Positions 14,123 through 27,633 of a stretch of DNA of 64,000 bases are shown one piece after another. The notes under the pieces were generated by a model, which saw only the letters and a program-made list of their open reading frames with translations, did not search any database and had not been told where the DNA came from. The stretch lies in the NCBI GenBank assembly GCA_040954595.2, contig CM082594.2:7757573-7821572 (forward strand), given 5' to 3'. Within the stretch, counting starts at the first letter, position 1. Every line of letters begins with the position of its first letter. Position numbers and translations under genes: made by a program. The stretch comes from Balanoglossus misakiensis. Taxonomy: Eukaryota > Animalia > Hemichordata.

Positions 14123-15741
14123 ATGGCGGAATACAGAGGTTTGTTGCAGGATGAATTCTGGCGAAATGGACCAAGACCTGGATCCTTTTATGGTCTACCA
14201 GGAGGGAGCAACTGCACACAGAATGGCCCGGCTAAACATACTCTGTAAGTTTCCTGAGTTATAGACTCGACAATAATTTAATGCGCCAAAAATCCATGCC
14301 GTCCATCGGTTGCATGTGAGTCAGCATCATGATGATAAACACACACACAGTACAGTACAGCATCATCCTGTCACCCTTTGGTATCAAGACAAGACAATCG
14401 CTGAGCTGTTTGATGGTCATACCGCCTTCCCCGGCCTTTCTTTCGTCCATACCCAGCAAATAAAAAAGCTAATCTATTTTAGAAATTAGAAACGTAATCA
14501 ATATTCTCCTTTTTTCCAGACAACCAATGACTACCGGTACCTCTGTTATTGGCATGAAGTTTGATGGTGGTGTCATTATAGCTGCAGACAAGTTAGGGTC
14601 ATATGGCTCTCTTGCAAGATTCAGAGATGTTTCCAGAATACACGCAGTCAATGATAACACTATATTAGGGGCATCGGGGGATATTGCTGATTTCCAGTTC
14701 ATGAAGACTGTCGTGGAACAAAAGATGTAAGCACATCAGTTCTTTATATATTATCATATAGTGTCGTGATCTTTCATACGTGTTTATATCTGACTTTCTA
14801 ACGCACTGTCGTTATTGGTCTCATCACACAGAATTGATGAAGAATGTTTAGATGATGGACACAGCTACACACCGAAATCTCTCTTTTCCTGGCTTACACG
14901 GGTCATGTACAACAGAAGGTCAAAGTTCAATCCACTCTGGAATGTCTATGTAGTCGCTGGAATGCAGGGAGATGAACCGTAAGTTGGGACAATGCTTTCT
15001 GTTGAGTTTGTCTGCCCCATTTCTATCACAGAGATGCATTAAGCAATGTAGAAATCTACAAATTACTGTTAAAGCACCACAGAAATTAACATTTTAAATG
15101 ATTTTTGTATTCAGATTCCTAGGCTATGTGAATTTGATAGGTACAGCATATCAAGCACCGACAATAGCAAATGGATTTGGCAGTTACATAGCTCAGGTAA
15201 GTCAGCGTTATTTAGCCTAACAGCCAAGCCATCAGAGTGGCTTAGAATCAGATTGGCTTACCCCATTACAAACAAGATTTTGACATTGTCCATTTCTTTC
15301 AGCCACTACTTAGGGATGCATATGAGAAGAATAACAAAATGACTCTTGAAGAAGCCAAAGAAGTCATCACAAAGTGTATGCGGGTGTTGTATTACCGAGA
15401 TGCTAGGTCATACAATAAGGTGAGTTGTGGTCCGAAAGACTTGTCAATTCAGTTGTCTGATCAGCGGTAGAAAAGTATTAATGTATATAAACTATGTTAT
15501 ATCTTTGCTACTTACAGTTTGAAATAGCTTACGTCACAAAAGATGGACCAGTAGTGGAACCAGCTGTATCGGCAGATACCAATTGGGAAATAGCACATTA
15601 TGTCAAGTGAGTATTTTCTCAGTTGCATGTCATGTTGATCTGGTTCTGCCATAACATTCTTTTAGAAACTTTCCTGTGACCATTAACCGTGAAGCTTTTC
15701 TAAAAACAGGATTCTGTTTATCTTTCAGGGGATACGAGTGA
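14123..15741 (+). CDS. PSMB4: Proteasome subunit beta type-4 (beta7); exons 14123-14244, 14520-14726, 14832-14978, 15115-15196, 15303-15419, 15518-15606, 15729-15741
   Basis: [63 protein letters not shown] and [13 protein letters not shown]; intron phases are consistent. Confidence 0.96.
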
Positions 15742-16756
15742 AGACGTTGCGTTCTCAAATACGGCATTATTTCAAGACACCGAACTAGTCATCAAGCTCT
15801 TCATTTCTTTATTTAAATACAGATGGGTTGTGAAAATATACATGTGCTTTGTCTCAATGCTGAAAATGTGAACAACCAAACAAGTGAATACGTGTATACT
15901 CTCATGTTCGCATTTATATCTTTCTTTTCTTTTTGCCATGAACATGATGTACTCATTGAGCTAGAAACTGACACAGAAACTACTGTGACTTTTGTGACTG
16001 AAGAAAAAATTCTTTTTTTGAATAAAGAACATTGAAATAACAATCTACCTGAATAGTGTGATTTTCTCATGCTGCTGTGTGCATAGCACATGGTATCTCC
16101 CATATACATATGTGGTAATTTACCTTCAGCTTTGAGACTGTATTCTTATACGGTTGCAGTGTTTTTGTGTGAATGTTACAGTTACCTAACACTGGAATTG
16201 ATCTATGACCATCCACAGCCAAGCAATGACATGAAACAACACCCAGTAATGACACTTGTATTTAATATGGAAGGCACAACATTTGATGAGTTGGGAAAAA
16301 CAATGGCAATCTTTCAACAACACAGCAAAATTACTACTAATATTTTGTCATAATTTGTGTACACAAAACTCAACACAGAAGAAGAGGCTTTCAACCAAAC
16401 TGTTTACTACTCATCAATATTTCCAAGGTACTGTAGTACAATGTTTTGCCTATATTGTTAAAAATACACACTGTACATGAAATCAATACAAATCATGTGT
16501 CTTAATATGAAACTTTACATATATTGCACTTCATGGCGTTTGAAATATAATTCGGCACGGGTGTAACTATGGCTACGTGCAGGCACTTATAAGTTTAGTG
16601 TTCATACCAGTTTTACATCAAGGTGTTTTGGGACGAGTCATGCATCACGTCATAGTTCGTTGAGGGCGCGTTTCTTAATATTGGCACTCAAGCAGGCAGT
16701 CAAGTGGATTTCGGTTTTGTACAACTCCGCAACTTTATTAGTCTCGGTCACCACTT

Positions 16757-19700
16757 CTAGTACGTTATATGGGAAATAAAGGGACTGGACGGTATGTTCA
16801 TGTCGGCCCACTTGACTGTGATGACGTAACAGCCGGGTCTGGAGACCTCGTAGTCGACTTCGTACATGTCATCGCCTGTATACACCACAGCGGTTTCCGT
16901 GACGCTGTTCGGCTGAGGACCGACCACACCGACGGTCAAAGATCCGTTGCCGGCTTTCTCCGTGTTCACCTGCAATAGATATGCAAATTACAAAAGTATA
17001 AGTTGTCGGTAAAACCATCGACAGATCTTCCAACTTTTTGGATTTCATTTGTGTAACATAGAAGGTTCGGGAGAACAACCACTGATGGTGTTCATTGTGG
17101 TTTTGTCGACTTCAAGATACCATTTCCTTAGAATTTGTTTGCCCGTACCTGGAAATTATTTCTGGCGCCAACGTATCCAGATGCCAACCCGACTCCATTG
17201 GCTTTACACTTCGAGGATTTGGGGATTTTGTCGTCGTCCGCCAATTCCAGAGCGTCAGAAATACTGCTGCGGTTTCTGTGTCCCTCGTCAACCGAGATCG
17301 AGTCCTGGCTGTTCTCGGCGTCTAAAGACGCGAAAAGTTCAGTCCACTCGTCGTACCTGTTTTCGAAACCCCTCTCCGTGAACAGGCGATCGATGAACTG
17401 GGCGTTGTTCTCCGGCGAGCTGACCTCGCCCCGGCTACCGGAGAACCCGCTTGAGATCTGAGACTCGGCGGTCTCTCCCTGCAGCCCTGTCGGGGTCTCT
17501 GGTTCCAGCCAGTCGGCCTCGTAGCTCGTGTTCTGACTACTTCTCTTACTGGAGCTGAACGAGAACCCGGTTTCCGATAACTTTGGCGACTTTGAGTATC
17601 GCGAATCGTAACCACCGAGCTCGGCAGCTGGGCTGAACGAATCGCCATCGTCGTAAATTTTGGCGCCTTTCTTTCCGTCATCGCGGAAGCTGCTCTCCAG
17701 CATCTTCGTCATGTACGCAAGCGCCATCTCCTCGTCGTATTTTGTCATGCTGAAGAAGCTCTCCAGATCGTCGAAGTTGTGCTTGAAAGTTTCGTTGCTG
17801 TTGCCATGGCTACTCGCACCCTGACTGGCGGTGCCGCCGTTTGCGACAAGTCCGTTCTCGTCTGAAAATCCGCTGTCGAACGTGGATTGTCTCATATGTT
17901 TCTTACGGTGTTTCGGCGATCGCTTTGATACCCTGTCGGCCGACCCACCTTTCCGATCACCGTCACTAATGCCTCGGTTGTCGCAAACTGGGAGGGAGTC
18001 GACCCCTTCGAGATCGGTTTGAAGGCTAATAGTCACCTTGGAAACGAAGCTCTCTTTTCTACTTCTCCACCCTGTTTCCTTTTTAATTTCCTTTGCGTTG
18101 CATTGGGTTTCTTTGTCCAGTTTTATTTTGCGGGGAGTGATTGTTTTGGACTGTCTAGCACGGATATTGTCACCAGGCTTTGTAGGCGTGGGTCGGACAA
18201 CTTTATCAAGCGACGAAACCCTAGAGATGTTTAAGAGCTGATCGCTATGGTAACCGGAGTCTATTTCCTGGTGAGTATCTTCTTGAGGAACATGTAGATT
18301 TTTCGGGGTCGCCCCGGCCACGACGCCATTTTGTTCGAGCACTTCGAATTCCAAAGTTGCATTTGGGTCGAAAACGGTGGATTCCGCGGTATTAGCTTCG
18401 TCTGCACCTGTCTTTAATTGCTCTGGTGTGGGGTCAGTTTCTTTCTCCCCCTGACCGCTGTCATCAAGGTTTGGTCTGCGGAAACTCGAAGCTTGAGACC
18501 CCGGAAAGGGAGGCGCGCTGGCCAGGGATTTTTCGGCTGAAGGTGGAGACATCAACTCTTGGCTCGATTCTCTTATCGGCGTTAACGGTAGAGGCCAACC
18601 CTGTCGCTTCTCATCGTCTGCGACATGTGTTTCTGTTTCCGCCTCGTCTTCGCAAATCGTTCGGATCGTCAATTCTGCAAATTTCACGTCTTCCGCCGCC
18701 GGAGGAGGCTCCTCCGAGTCCGTATCGAATATCTTGCCGAAACTTTTCATTTTCGTCAGCGGCGACCGTGAGCTTTTTTCAGACGGACTCGGAGTAGTCG
18801 CCGCCCTGTTGTCGAGAACGAGATTTGAAGGAACTTGTCTCTTTTTCTTTTCTTTCTCAGAAGCCGTGCTTTCTTTCTCTTCCTGCGACACTGCCTTGTA
18901 CTCGGACACTTTTTGTTGGAAGAGCTTGTCGGCCGCTTCTTCGACCGACAGCGTCCTCTTCATGTCCATTCTTCGCCCTCCCTGAAGAACTTCGTCCCGC
19001 GCTGGACCGTATCGCTCCATCTTCTTGCGGAGAAGCATGTTAGTCACCGGCTCGTCTTCGTCGTCAGTCGGCGACAAGGGCACCGGGCGGTCGAAACTGT
19101 CCTCTGAAGATCCGTCTTTGTTTTTGATGGTGGACGCCATTTTGTACTGGGACAGTTTCTTCTGCAGAAGCTTCTCAGAAGCCTCCTCAATTATTTCCTC
19201 CTTGGACAGGCTTCTTTTTGGTTTCTGTCTTTTACTGACTTCGCGAGTTTCTTTCTTCACTTCCACAGATTTTAACTGCGGTCTGTCATTAAAGGCCTTT
19301 TCAACTATTGTCCTGGCAGTTTTGTCGGCATACCTTTCCAGGGCGTTCGATAGAGCCCTCTTCGGTTTCCTCGCTTCGTCTTTGCCGAGAACCACGGTTT
19401 TCCGAGGATCTTTGCCATCAACACTGTCCATCGAAGTGCTAGAGAACGAATTCATCAGATTCTTGTCTGTGCTTCCCTGCGAGGACGAGATGATACGGCG
19501 AATAACTTTTCTTCGGGTGCGAATCCCGCCAGCTTGTCGACTCGTACTCGCCAGTGACCCTCTGCTGCTAAGGGAATCTGCGCGCCCGAGTTTTGCTGGC
19601 TGGTACCGCCTGGTGTAAGGGTAGTCATGCCTGTCGACACTGCTCTGCGGACTGATCGAGTCGATGTCACAACTGCTCTCGCTCATCGCCATTTTGTGTT

Positions 19701-21441
19701 GCCGTAGCAACGACTGTCTGCGGGTTTTGGTTGGGTCGCTCCTCAGGAGCACCGAGCGCTCGTCCTCGAAGGAGACCGTTTTCTTCTCGCGGGGCGCCTC
19801 CTCTTTGTTCGTGACGTTCACCTGGAACGGACTGTTTCGGATGTGGTCACCGTCCCAGACAATGCTGATCTCGTGAATTCCAATGTTCACCGGGACGTAG
19901 CTCACTTGAAACTGCCCGTCTTTAATGCACTGGTAATCCAAACTTATGCTGCCCTCTCCCCGTGGAATTTTCGCTTTTTGAGGCCTGATTTGATGCCCAG
20001 TTGTAAAATCTCGAAGAAACCCTCGCCCGGCCTTGTCGTTCACTATTTTCACCTTCGCTTCTTCGTTCTTCGGGTCGACCACTCGAACAGACAAGTCCTG
20101 TAACTGGTTGCACCGCGTCATGATGTCAAATTTGGCTCGGAGACCCACGACCGCGATGTGGAGCCCGCTGCCGGCTGCCGTGCATTTCTCCTTGTAGTCA
20201 ACTTTCCCACCCTTGGCGGCGACGACCGCTTGTTTCTCGTCCTTTGGTTGTACAGGTATCTGACTGGCGCACTTCAGGGACAGGATGTACGCGTACACCT
20301 TGTCTTCCATTATCAACCGGGAGTCGGCCATCTGTTCTGGTGTCATCGGCTGAAATGGGAAACGGGAACTAACATTAGTATTGTTGAAATTGGCTAACAT
20401 TTGTTTGGGTCATAGATTTATAGATTTATATAACAGAAGTTAAAATTCGAATAACAAAAACGTGTATTATCAAGCAGTGGGTTACTGTACTTTATAGGAA
20501 CAGTATACTTACTTCCTGCAGTCCAAGTTCTTTGAAAGCCAGCCGCAAACCCAGACGGCAATTATTGACCCTGTGGTTGGGATTCAACAAGTCATATCGC
20601 GGACACGACCCTTTGATGATCTCGTTGATGAGGGCGCACAGTGTAATCCCGTCGGTCCACGACGTTGTGAAGTCATTGACATGTCGAGTGGGAACTTTCG
20701 ATTTCACCCAAGAGAGCAGTTTCCGTTTCTTCCCTTCATCTGCAAAGTTTTAGGGGTAAATCAAATTAAGTATTGTGAGCGAAATGGGAAGCAAACTGTA
20801 AATTCTATAGAATTCTTTCTAGCAATCATGAAGGGCGTGTTCAATGTTATCACGCTATAGAAATACATTGAATTCAAGATGTCAGAACGGGCTTTAAATT
20901 TCACGAATAACTATAACACGACATATTTGCAACGCCCTCTGGGGACGGATTCGCAGAAAATGGATGTTTCAAGACACTATAAAAGAAAACCCGTGAGGCG
21001 CCACATAATTTAAAGAAATTCCATATACGTGTACAGTAAATTTGATTCAATTTCGTTGCCAAGGCAACTAAGGACAAGGTCGTCAACTCCCTGTCACGCT
21101 ATTTCTCAGATAAAATGTTGGAGTAAATAACGGGAACAGCGGGTCGCTGAACACAGAAACTGTTGCCGTAAAGAGGTGATGGTTTACGACGATGCAGGGG
21201 GTCACAAAATGGCCGCCTACTTACCACTTCGAAAATACAGGATAATTTGTTCACTGTAGGACGGTGTGTAGGTCACGTGCCTTCTGTACGTGAAACGATT
21301 GTCCACAAATGTCCTCGGCTTCAGGAAGTATTTGCAGAAGTAAAAAATGTGCGGGAACACATTGATATACGCCAGGAAAGACAATATATACACAGCGAAG
21401 TTGAAAATGATGATCGACCCCGATTTCGTCTTCAACCACAT
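16757..21441 (-). CDS. Filamin-like protein (~1285 aa): N-terminal hydrophobic segment, calponin-homology domain, filamin repeat, long low-complexity region, C-terminal filamin repeat; exons 21441-21225, 20739-20513, 20349-17149, 16969-16757
   Basis: CH domain LLSWVKSKVP..VNDFTTSWTDGITLCALIN; filamin-repeat motifs KCTAAGSGL..VSYVP..GIHEISIVWDGDHIRNSPFQV and KCKANGVGL..GNGSLTVGVVGP..YEVDY..GCYVITVKW..IPSSPF. All junctions are in frame. An optional in-frame upstream exon lies at 22630-22570. Confidence 0.8.
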
Positions 21442-24400
21442 CTTTTTGCCATCACGCTGAACTAAAAATAGAAAAGAAAAGGGAAAAAAAACATGGTTGA
21501 TTTTTTGTTGGAATTGAAATACGTCAGCTTTTGATTCAAGCCGCGCAGAGTCTCGGCTCTGTCATATGCGACGGATTCGACAAGTTGTTGGTGATGGTAA
21601 TTGGCGGTTTGACATTTATCGATTTCGGCAAAGAGCAGTAATGCACTGGAGACAGCCTCCAGGGATGTGCAGATGCTGAAGTTGCGTTGTGTCGTGTTGT
21701 TTGTGACTGAACCCGAATGCATGTCACAACGTAATGCGCTATATCATTCGGCAACTGAAGAGACGACAAATCCGCCATGTTTACATCCGATACACAGCCA
21801 TCCAAACACAGACCCCCCTCCACTAAACCTCACGAATTCGACAAATTTCTAAAAAAAATATCGCAACCTCACACACAGTAGTGCATGTCAACTTCCTCGC
21901 CGAACCTCAATAAATAAAGCGTTAAGCTATGAATGTGTAAATTAATGTAATCTTATGCGTAAGCGATTTGCGCGTTTCTCATATAGGCCTATATCGCATC
22001 ACATAGAATAGGCCAACATTCATAAGCTCAAAAAAACTTGATCCCTATATCCTATCATTGTCTCTGAATGACTGACAACCAGTGGGTTATATTTACACAA
22101 AGCAATCACACCCCATTAAAAGATTAAACGCATTAGTTTTCTTATTTTCACTCTCAATTATCTCGCGAACGTTGACCAAAGCTTGAACAATGAAAGATGA
22201 CATGTAGCTATGGTAACGGTTGTCGAAGCTGCATCTTCGCATCACGCCATCCAAGATGGAGACGTCACTTCACGATGCAAGTCATATTGTTGTACGGCAT
22301 TGGCGTATGTAACATGCATACGCAAACGCTACAAAATAGATTTCGCATACTGTTACAGAACATACTTTCCGAATATAAAAGATCGCTCTATCTGGCCGGT
22401 CGGAATAGTTCATCTTTTTCGATTTCAAAATGGCGCCCGTATAGGCCTACATACCGTACAACGCGCCAGTGACGCGTACGCATGACACGGGATGTCTGCC
22501 CACGTGAATAAGTTCACGTACGACGAAGGGCGTTGAATTTAGACCCTAAGATCACAAATGATGACTTACCTATCATGATCAATAATACGAAAGAACCGAA
22601 CCGATCCTGACCAACACAAGAACTAAGCATGGAGCTAGACTGGGCGAAACTGAATTACCATCTTCCCAGCTCGTGCCGACTAATGAACGCCCAAGGGATA
22701 ACTTTAAAACCGATAATGGGCTTTTCGTCACCACCTCAATTCTTTTGTCCGTTGCTAAGTAAATCTCATTTCTTACTAAAGGTTACGAAGCTTTATAACA
22801 AATCTCGTCATAACCAGCGACCTACATGACGTGTTATGTGTCAATTACTGCTATGTGTTAATTTCTCAGTCTGTTCTGTTGTCTGATAGCTTTATTTTTA
22901 AAACTATCGATAAATCGCTATTGATGTTTCTGTATTATGCACTAGGTGTTTTTAAAAACTTTTCAAAATCTATTAATAGGTGGAAATGGTTTAATCGTTG
23001 CGTGACACCCCGAATGCACTAACATGGCTCTGGGCGCGACGAACGGCGGCCACGTTGAATCTCATCGCAAAACAAAAATTGCACGCGCCATTGTGCCGAC
23101 CTGACGAGCATTTCGATGTACTAGTATACAGCATGGAAAGGTGGGCCTAGGTCCGCTCTGACTAGTCAAGACAGACACTGTCTATCTATCCCTTGAGTAA
23201 AACTAAAATGAATGCAGGGCGATGTTTTGCATATTGTGTGTATATACATAAGTACATGTACATGTATATATATTTTTTATTCTCTGCTGACGGGCGCGGC
23301 TATGTGTGATAAAATGATTCTTTTTTTTTTCAAGGACAAAATATTGAAGGAGAATAACATAAGTAGGATTTCGAGGAATGGGACTATCAAGGAAAAGCGT
23401 AGGCGGGAAAGAAGTGCGTTTGATTGGAATGGGAACGAAGTAATGTCAGTCAACGACCGTTCTCAAAAGAATAGACTCTCTCACAGACGCACCCCCCCCC
23501 CCCCCAATGGCTCGTCGCTGCGACGTTCTCTTTAAAAATGAACTTTGACCACTTGCATGATACTTTCAAGTTGCTATTTCCCCATCTTCAGTCTGCCTAT
23601 GTCGCGCAAAATTTCCTTTTATCTCTGAATTCAATGCACTCATAGTCGGTCTTCAGATGTCTAATTTGTCGGTCGCGAGAAGCAAATTTGCCGGCGGCAA
23701 ACCGTCTCTTTGTCTCCCCTCTTCAGTAACCTGTCGATGTATGGTTGGCGTCGTATTGGCGGGAAAAGGTCACTTTGTCCTTTAAAAAGATCCACCAGCT
23801 GTGACTTATATCTATTTTCTTTGCAATATGTTTGTTCTGTTAGTCAACTCATTTTTTGCGGTTGGTATAAGCTATGATCAAACGCCCTTTATTTGGGCCT
23901 GGGACTTCACTGAAATTGCCGAAAATCAAATTAAAGCGACGGTTCAAATCCGAACTGGTCAACAACAACATAGGCCGTTTGTAGCAAACTTGCATCGATA
24001 TAAGATGTATACAAGCATCGCAATGAAATGAAACCACTCAGCTCAGACACAGTGGCTCAGAGGAACGTTTCGTTCCTAAATTCAATTTCCGTCACTTCGG
24101 GTGAATGTTGATAGGTTTCACGAGAGGTGCGTCCAAGATGGCGTAGCAACCGGCCAAGGAAATACATGTAATAAGGGTACTTTTAATATCGCCTATAGTC
24201 TAGAGCCAAATGACAACTTGAAGGGTTTCTTAATGGAATCATTTTGAATAATTTACTTAAATTGGTCAAAGGAGCGGAATTTGTATAATAATACCGGAGG
24301 TTATTAAGTTTGCCCAGGGCCCCCGCTGGGGAAGGGGATGGGCATTATTTCAGACTTATAGCGCATGCTCTTTTAAACGACACGTTTCAATAATGCGGGC

Positions 24401-26262
24401 GTTGCGTTTTCCCCCAGCAAAAACACGAAGCAGCGACGTCGTCATCAACAATTCGCCGAACTCAAGCAAAGCCAAAAGGACCCACAGCCGCTTCAGTAAA
24501 CAGCGCTGTCGTCAAAATGTGACAAAATAAACGGAATCATTAAAACAGGAAGGTGCGTTCCAGCGTTTCCAAGACCAACGCCCTCCATTAAATCCAACAA
24601 TTTCTGGGGCTGGCGACTGCTGGAGAAACGATTCAGTTAAAAATCACTAGCCTAGGCAGCCTGGATATATCAAACTGCGTTGTTTTATCTTAAAGACATG
24701 ACGAGTGGGAGTACATTGTATGTAACACAGAAAATATTACAGAATGACCATACACCCGGACACACCCAAAACTAATTGCACCGCGTAATCGCTAGTACGT
24801 AACATTTTCATCATCCATATGGACTTTGAAATCTTAATTGAAAGGTAGTCGTACGGCTTATGAACAATTTCATCGACGACGATAATGAAACCGTAAGAGG
24901 GTTTACCTTTGGATTCAATTTCGTCTGTCATTATTCTCTTTCCAAATTTCATTGGGTTTTTGGAATCGACTGTCTCATCAAAGACTTGATATTTAATATG
25001 CTTTGTACTTAGTATATCGTGACGTGGTAGATAAGACTTTTTTGTAAATGGTGCGTATTAACTTTCCTCTGAATTGTTCTCAGAATGCGAAATCAATCCC
25101 CTACATAGATTAAGAGGTAAAAGGCACAGCCTTATCGAAAGGTTATTCCTTTTGTCAATTTTATAAGAATATTCAGTGATTATATCACTCAGAGGAAACA
25201 CACTTCTTCATCAACCCGACGGAAATACACAAACACTTAACATGCTGATCCGTATATTATTAGACTGTAGTATTAAAAATCGCACTTCATTGTACACGCG
25301 AACTCGAAGTAATGATGTGTCAGCTGCCATGGCAACAGCGCGTTGCTCTTCCCCGGACAGAAACAGCAGACAGGTTTTATATGTACGCACTCATACGGAT
25401 TAATACATAATATTAATACTGACTGTGAATTTGGCCGTATTTAATCTGCCAAGTCGCTGAATATCATTCGCGACACAGTCTGTACACAGACTGTTGAGGC
25501 AGAAATGATTTCTATTTTTATTGGGATTGTCATCGGCTGCAGGTATTCTATTTGACAGATCTGCATGGATGCGTTCATACGCGCCTTCAGCCCTAATCTG
25601 TAAAGTGATGTCAGTAGCCTCAACACTTAAAACTGTTATTTAGGCCTATCAATAAAGATAAAATAACATTCCGTACCGTAGACTATGAATATCTACACCC
25701 AAAAAAGAACTGAAAACACCTGTGAATATAATTAAGCTCGACTTTTTCAAAGTATGTTAGATTTAAAATTGCGTCTATTTGTTACTTATTTCACCTGGCT
25801 AGCATTGCCAATATTTCAAAACCTTTTTTACAATTTAAAATCTCACTAAAATAATCCTTGGACAGCTGCGATTTCTGGGTTTGCAGTGTGCATGTAACAT
25901 ATGCGCCTAATGACACAAGCTAAATCGGAAAAACAAATCATTTTCCAGCGCATCTGGGAATGGGGACGACTGTGACACACAACAAATGGAGAAGCAAATT
26001 GCGTCTTGTATCATCGTGAAAGCGAATGAATTCGCTGTCCTTCGGGGAAAGATAATCGAGAGTTCTGGGTACTCATGGAAACAACATGAAATCGCCGTGT
26101 ATAGATGTCTAACTCTTTTACATCGAAATAAAACACGAATGTTAGGATCAAAACACCGCCGGGAGCACTAATCCCAATATATTTCCCACTTATAATGTTT
26201 ATACATCTGTTTTGCTACGTACACTCTTTTTGCATTACTCCTAACATATTAACCACAACACG

Positions 26263-26370
26263 TATGTATGTACGTATGTATGTATGTATGTATGTATGTA
26301 TGTATGTATGTATGTATGTATGTATGTATGTATGTATGTATGTAGTATGTATGTATGTATGTATGTATGT
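26263..26370. repeat. (TATG)n microsatellite
   Basis: Directly visible. Confidence 0.95.
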
Positions 26371-27633
26371 TAAAATTGGCTAATCTGGTATAAGAAGACA
26401 CATGCGTGCTAATTAAATGCTACTCTCTGCGCTCCCAACGCAACGCCGCTCATGTTGACTTTACATATTAATATTGAATTGGGCTGGTAATTTCCGCCTG
26501 ACGAGGAATCAACATGGCAGAAAGGGACTGCGCCGTTGCTAAGGTGGTGTCGAGCCTCCTCGAGCAATGTCGCAATTTTGCAGATTAATAATACATTTAG
26601 CGTCTTCACCGGGCGTTCCCCCTGACCACATCACCAAGGAGTGAATATGACAGATAAGCGTACTATTTTGAAAATAAAGGGAACGGGATTCACATTTTAT
26701 TAATTCAGGGTAGCGAGTGCACTGACTCGTCAGAATATAATCTAGGTGCTAATTCGTTGGCTGTTGTTATGTAAACTCACATGCAACGGGGAATGAACAG
26801 TCTTCTCCCGTCCACTGAGTAATATGTCACGCCAACATCACACGGCGATCTTTCTCCTTTGAGAGATCGGTGAGAAGAAACGCCCGGCAAATAATTGCGC
26901 GTCTCTTGTGTGACGCGCGTGATAAAACGACACACAATAGTGGAGGTAGTTAAAACACATTGATGCTCTTACCGATGGCCATCAGGTTGTTCCTCAGCTT
27001 TCCGTGTTTCCTGGAGAACCTTGCCATTTTTCCTCGCAGATCCTCGGCTTGGTTTGTGAGACGACGCGAAAGATGGACAGATGTCACGCACCACGGGGCA
27101 TGACTGTTCGGTGGAGATACATCAGTACCGACTTAATAGCGTAATACTGTGACGGTGTTTTTTTCGAAGGCGGTGACGAGTCTTCGATGTGCGATGTTGT
27201 GTTTTCTTGTGAACCCTGAACGGCGCCGACGCATGCATCAATTCTCTCCGGTTAATGTCACCGTAAACCGTTCACCGAGAGTAGCGCTTTTAATCAGAAA
27301 TTATTCATGACTACCTTCCCTATTAGTAAATTGGACCATCTCTTATTGTTTGTCGCGTGGGGGCACTGGTTTTATTCGGGAAATTACTTGGGCCAAACCA
27401 CTAGCCCGTGGGGGTGATTAGACTTCATCGTGTACATAACCCACTTTATATCATTCGCAACAGTTGATCTATAAAATGATATAATTGGTCGAGTAAACGA
27501 CAAGGATACAAGTATTCCTATTTTAAATTTTGACCTCGAGAGAATCTAACCAGGATCTGCGCAGCAAGTTCATTTGAAAGTAGACCACTGCGCAAGCAGA
27601 ATTTTTTACATTTATGTAAATGTGGCGCGAGCT

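Noticed and set aside
21536-21823. 80-95 aa ORF upstream of the filamin-like gene
   Set aside because: It stops before any in-frame junction and has no recognisable domain; its ATG is within a YY1-like motif. At most a uORF.
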